DNA from: a bacterium
Lineage (GTDB): Bacteria > RBG-13-61-14 > DATKZS01
Assembly: GCA_963674965.2 (NCBI GenBank)
Contig: CAXXFL010000001.1
Location: 544,001 to 608,000 of the forward strand
Direction: 5' to 3'
Length of the DNA: 64,000 nt
Part shown: piece by piece, positions 63,265-64,000 of the stretch
Layout of the letters: the number at the start of each line of letters is the position of its first letter
Numbering within the stretch: position 1 is the stretch's first letter
Position numbers and translations under genes: made by a program
Notes under the pieces: generated by a model
Databases searched by the model: none
Told to the model about the DNA's origin: nothing
What the model saw: only the letters and a program-made list of their open reading frames with translations

Positions 63265-63381
63265 GAAAAACCTCCTATTTGGTCCCGATTCGAAATCGGT
63301 GCATATATTTCCAGGTTAAGTCCCCGGCGGCCCACCAGGAAAGGACCGCCGGGGAGTCTCATGGAGGATGGTATATGCCAA

Positions 63382-63567
63382 TTACCTTCCGCCCATTGGA
63401 AACGCCATCTCGTCGCAGCGCCAGCACCCCTGCCCGGCCAGGTCGCCGCCGGGGTCGACGCTCTTGTCGCACAGCCAGCCGTTGCCTTCCTTGTCCTTGA
63501 AGTACTTCAAGGGTCGAGCCGGCTTGTGGGTCTCGGTGGTCGCTTCCATTCTTTTGTCCTCATTCAT
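63382..63567 (-). CDS. small Cys-containing hypothetical protein (61 aa)
   Basis: AGGAGG SD; YFKDKEGNGWLCD...GCWRCDE. Confidence 0.65.
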   Translation of the reverse strand: MNEDKRMEATTETHKPARPLKYFKDKEGNGWLCDKSVDPGGDLAGQGCWRCDEMAFPMGGR

Positions 63568-63629
63568 TTTACCGCCTCCTTTCGATTGAGTAACGATTAT
63601 TGAAACCGCTTGAAAAGCGGACGCGCCCG

Positions 63630-63953
63630 TCACCCTTCCAGGACCTTATCCAGGGACTCGGCGAGGCTGGACTCCCGCTGAAGTCCCACGAAACGCCGGA
63701 CCTCCTCGCCGTCCTTGAAAAGGACCATGGTGGGAATGCCCTGGATGCCCAGGTCCTCGGCCAGCGCCTGGTTGTCGTCCACGTTCAGGGCCGCGATCAG
63801 GGCCTTGCCCTCGTACAGGTCCGAAAGCCGGTCGATGATGGGCCCCTGCGCCCGGCAGGGAGCGCACCAGGGAGCGTTGAAATCGACCAGCGCGACCCCG
63901 CTCTCGATCGCCGCGTTGAATTCATCGGTCGTTTTAAGTTCTTTCGTACTCAT
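63630..63953 (-). CDS. trxA: thioredoxin
   Basis: VDFNAPWCAPC, IPT cis-Pro loop, FKDGE. Confidence 0.93.
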   Translation of the reverse strand: MSTKELKTTDEFNAAIESGVALVDFNAPWCAPCRAQGPIIDRLSDLYEGKALIAALNVDDNQALAEDLGIQGIPTMVLFKDGEEVRRFVGLQRESSLAESLDKVLEG

Positions 63954-64000
63954 GGCTCATTCCTCGTTAATGAATTTGTATTTAGACAGATCAACAACCG

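Noticed and set aside
63265-63381. SAM, THF or ZTP riboswitch upstream of metV
   Set aside because: Only two simple hairpins are visible and no aptamer consensus was recognised; an Rfam/Infernal scan would be decisive.

Overview
A 64-kb, GC-rich chromosomal window from an organism that looks deltaproteobacterial (Desulfobacterota/Myxococcota-like) by gene content and gene order. Core genes: tandem class III adenylate cyclases, a DUF465-ilvD-ilvB-ilvN cluster, cooT, fmt, a MATE pump, a CPBP protease, pcrA/uvrD, dut, thpR-recA-pilT-alaS, a complete 14-gene nuoA-N operon, an acyl-CoA synthetase, a YfhO-like membrane glycosyltransferase, a Tat-exported GH3, MscS and trx-metV-metF. Two accessory islets: about 42-47.5 kb (M48 peptidase, tandem DsrC/TusE protein, small protein plus nucleotidyltransferase, and an HNH gene in REP-like palindromes between 208-bp direct repeats) and about 59.4-61.6 kb (truncated Fe-S protein gene, AT-rich orphan, IS3-family remnant). 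No rRNA, tRNA or CRISPR array was seen. Main candidates for new biology: (1) a terminator/antiterminator switch right after the DUF465 stop codon, suggesting that the Val/Leu-coding tail of an 82-aa protein acts as the attenuation leader for the ilv genes; (2) a complex I with large predicted periplasmic insertions in both NuoH and NuoJ, a short NuoG and a double-FHA gene coupled to nuoN; (3) a transposase-free HNH islet that starts about 30 codons into an acyl-CoA synthetase gene whose leader and 5' end are duplicated. All family calls come from reading motifs by eye; no database search or RNA folding was run.
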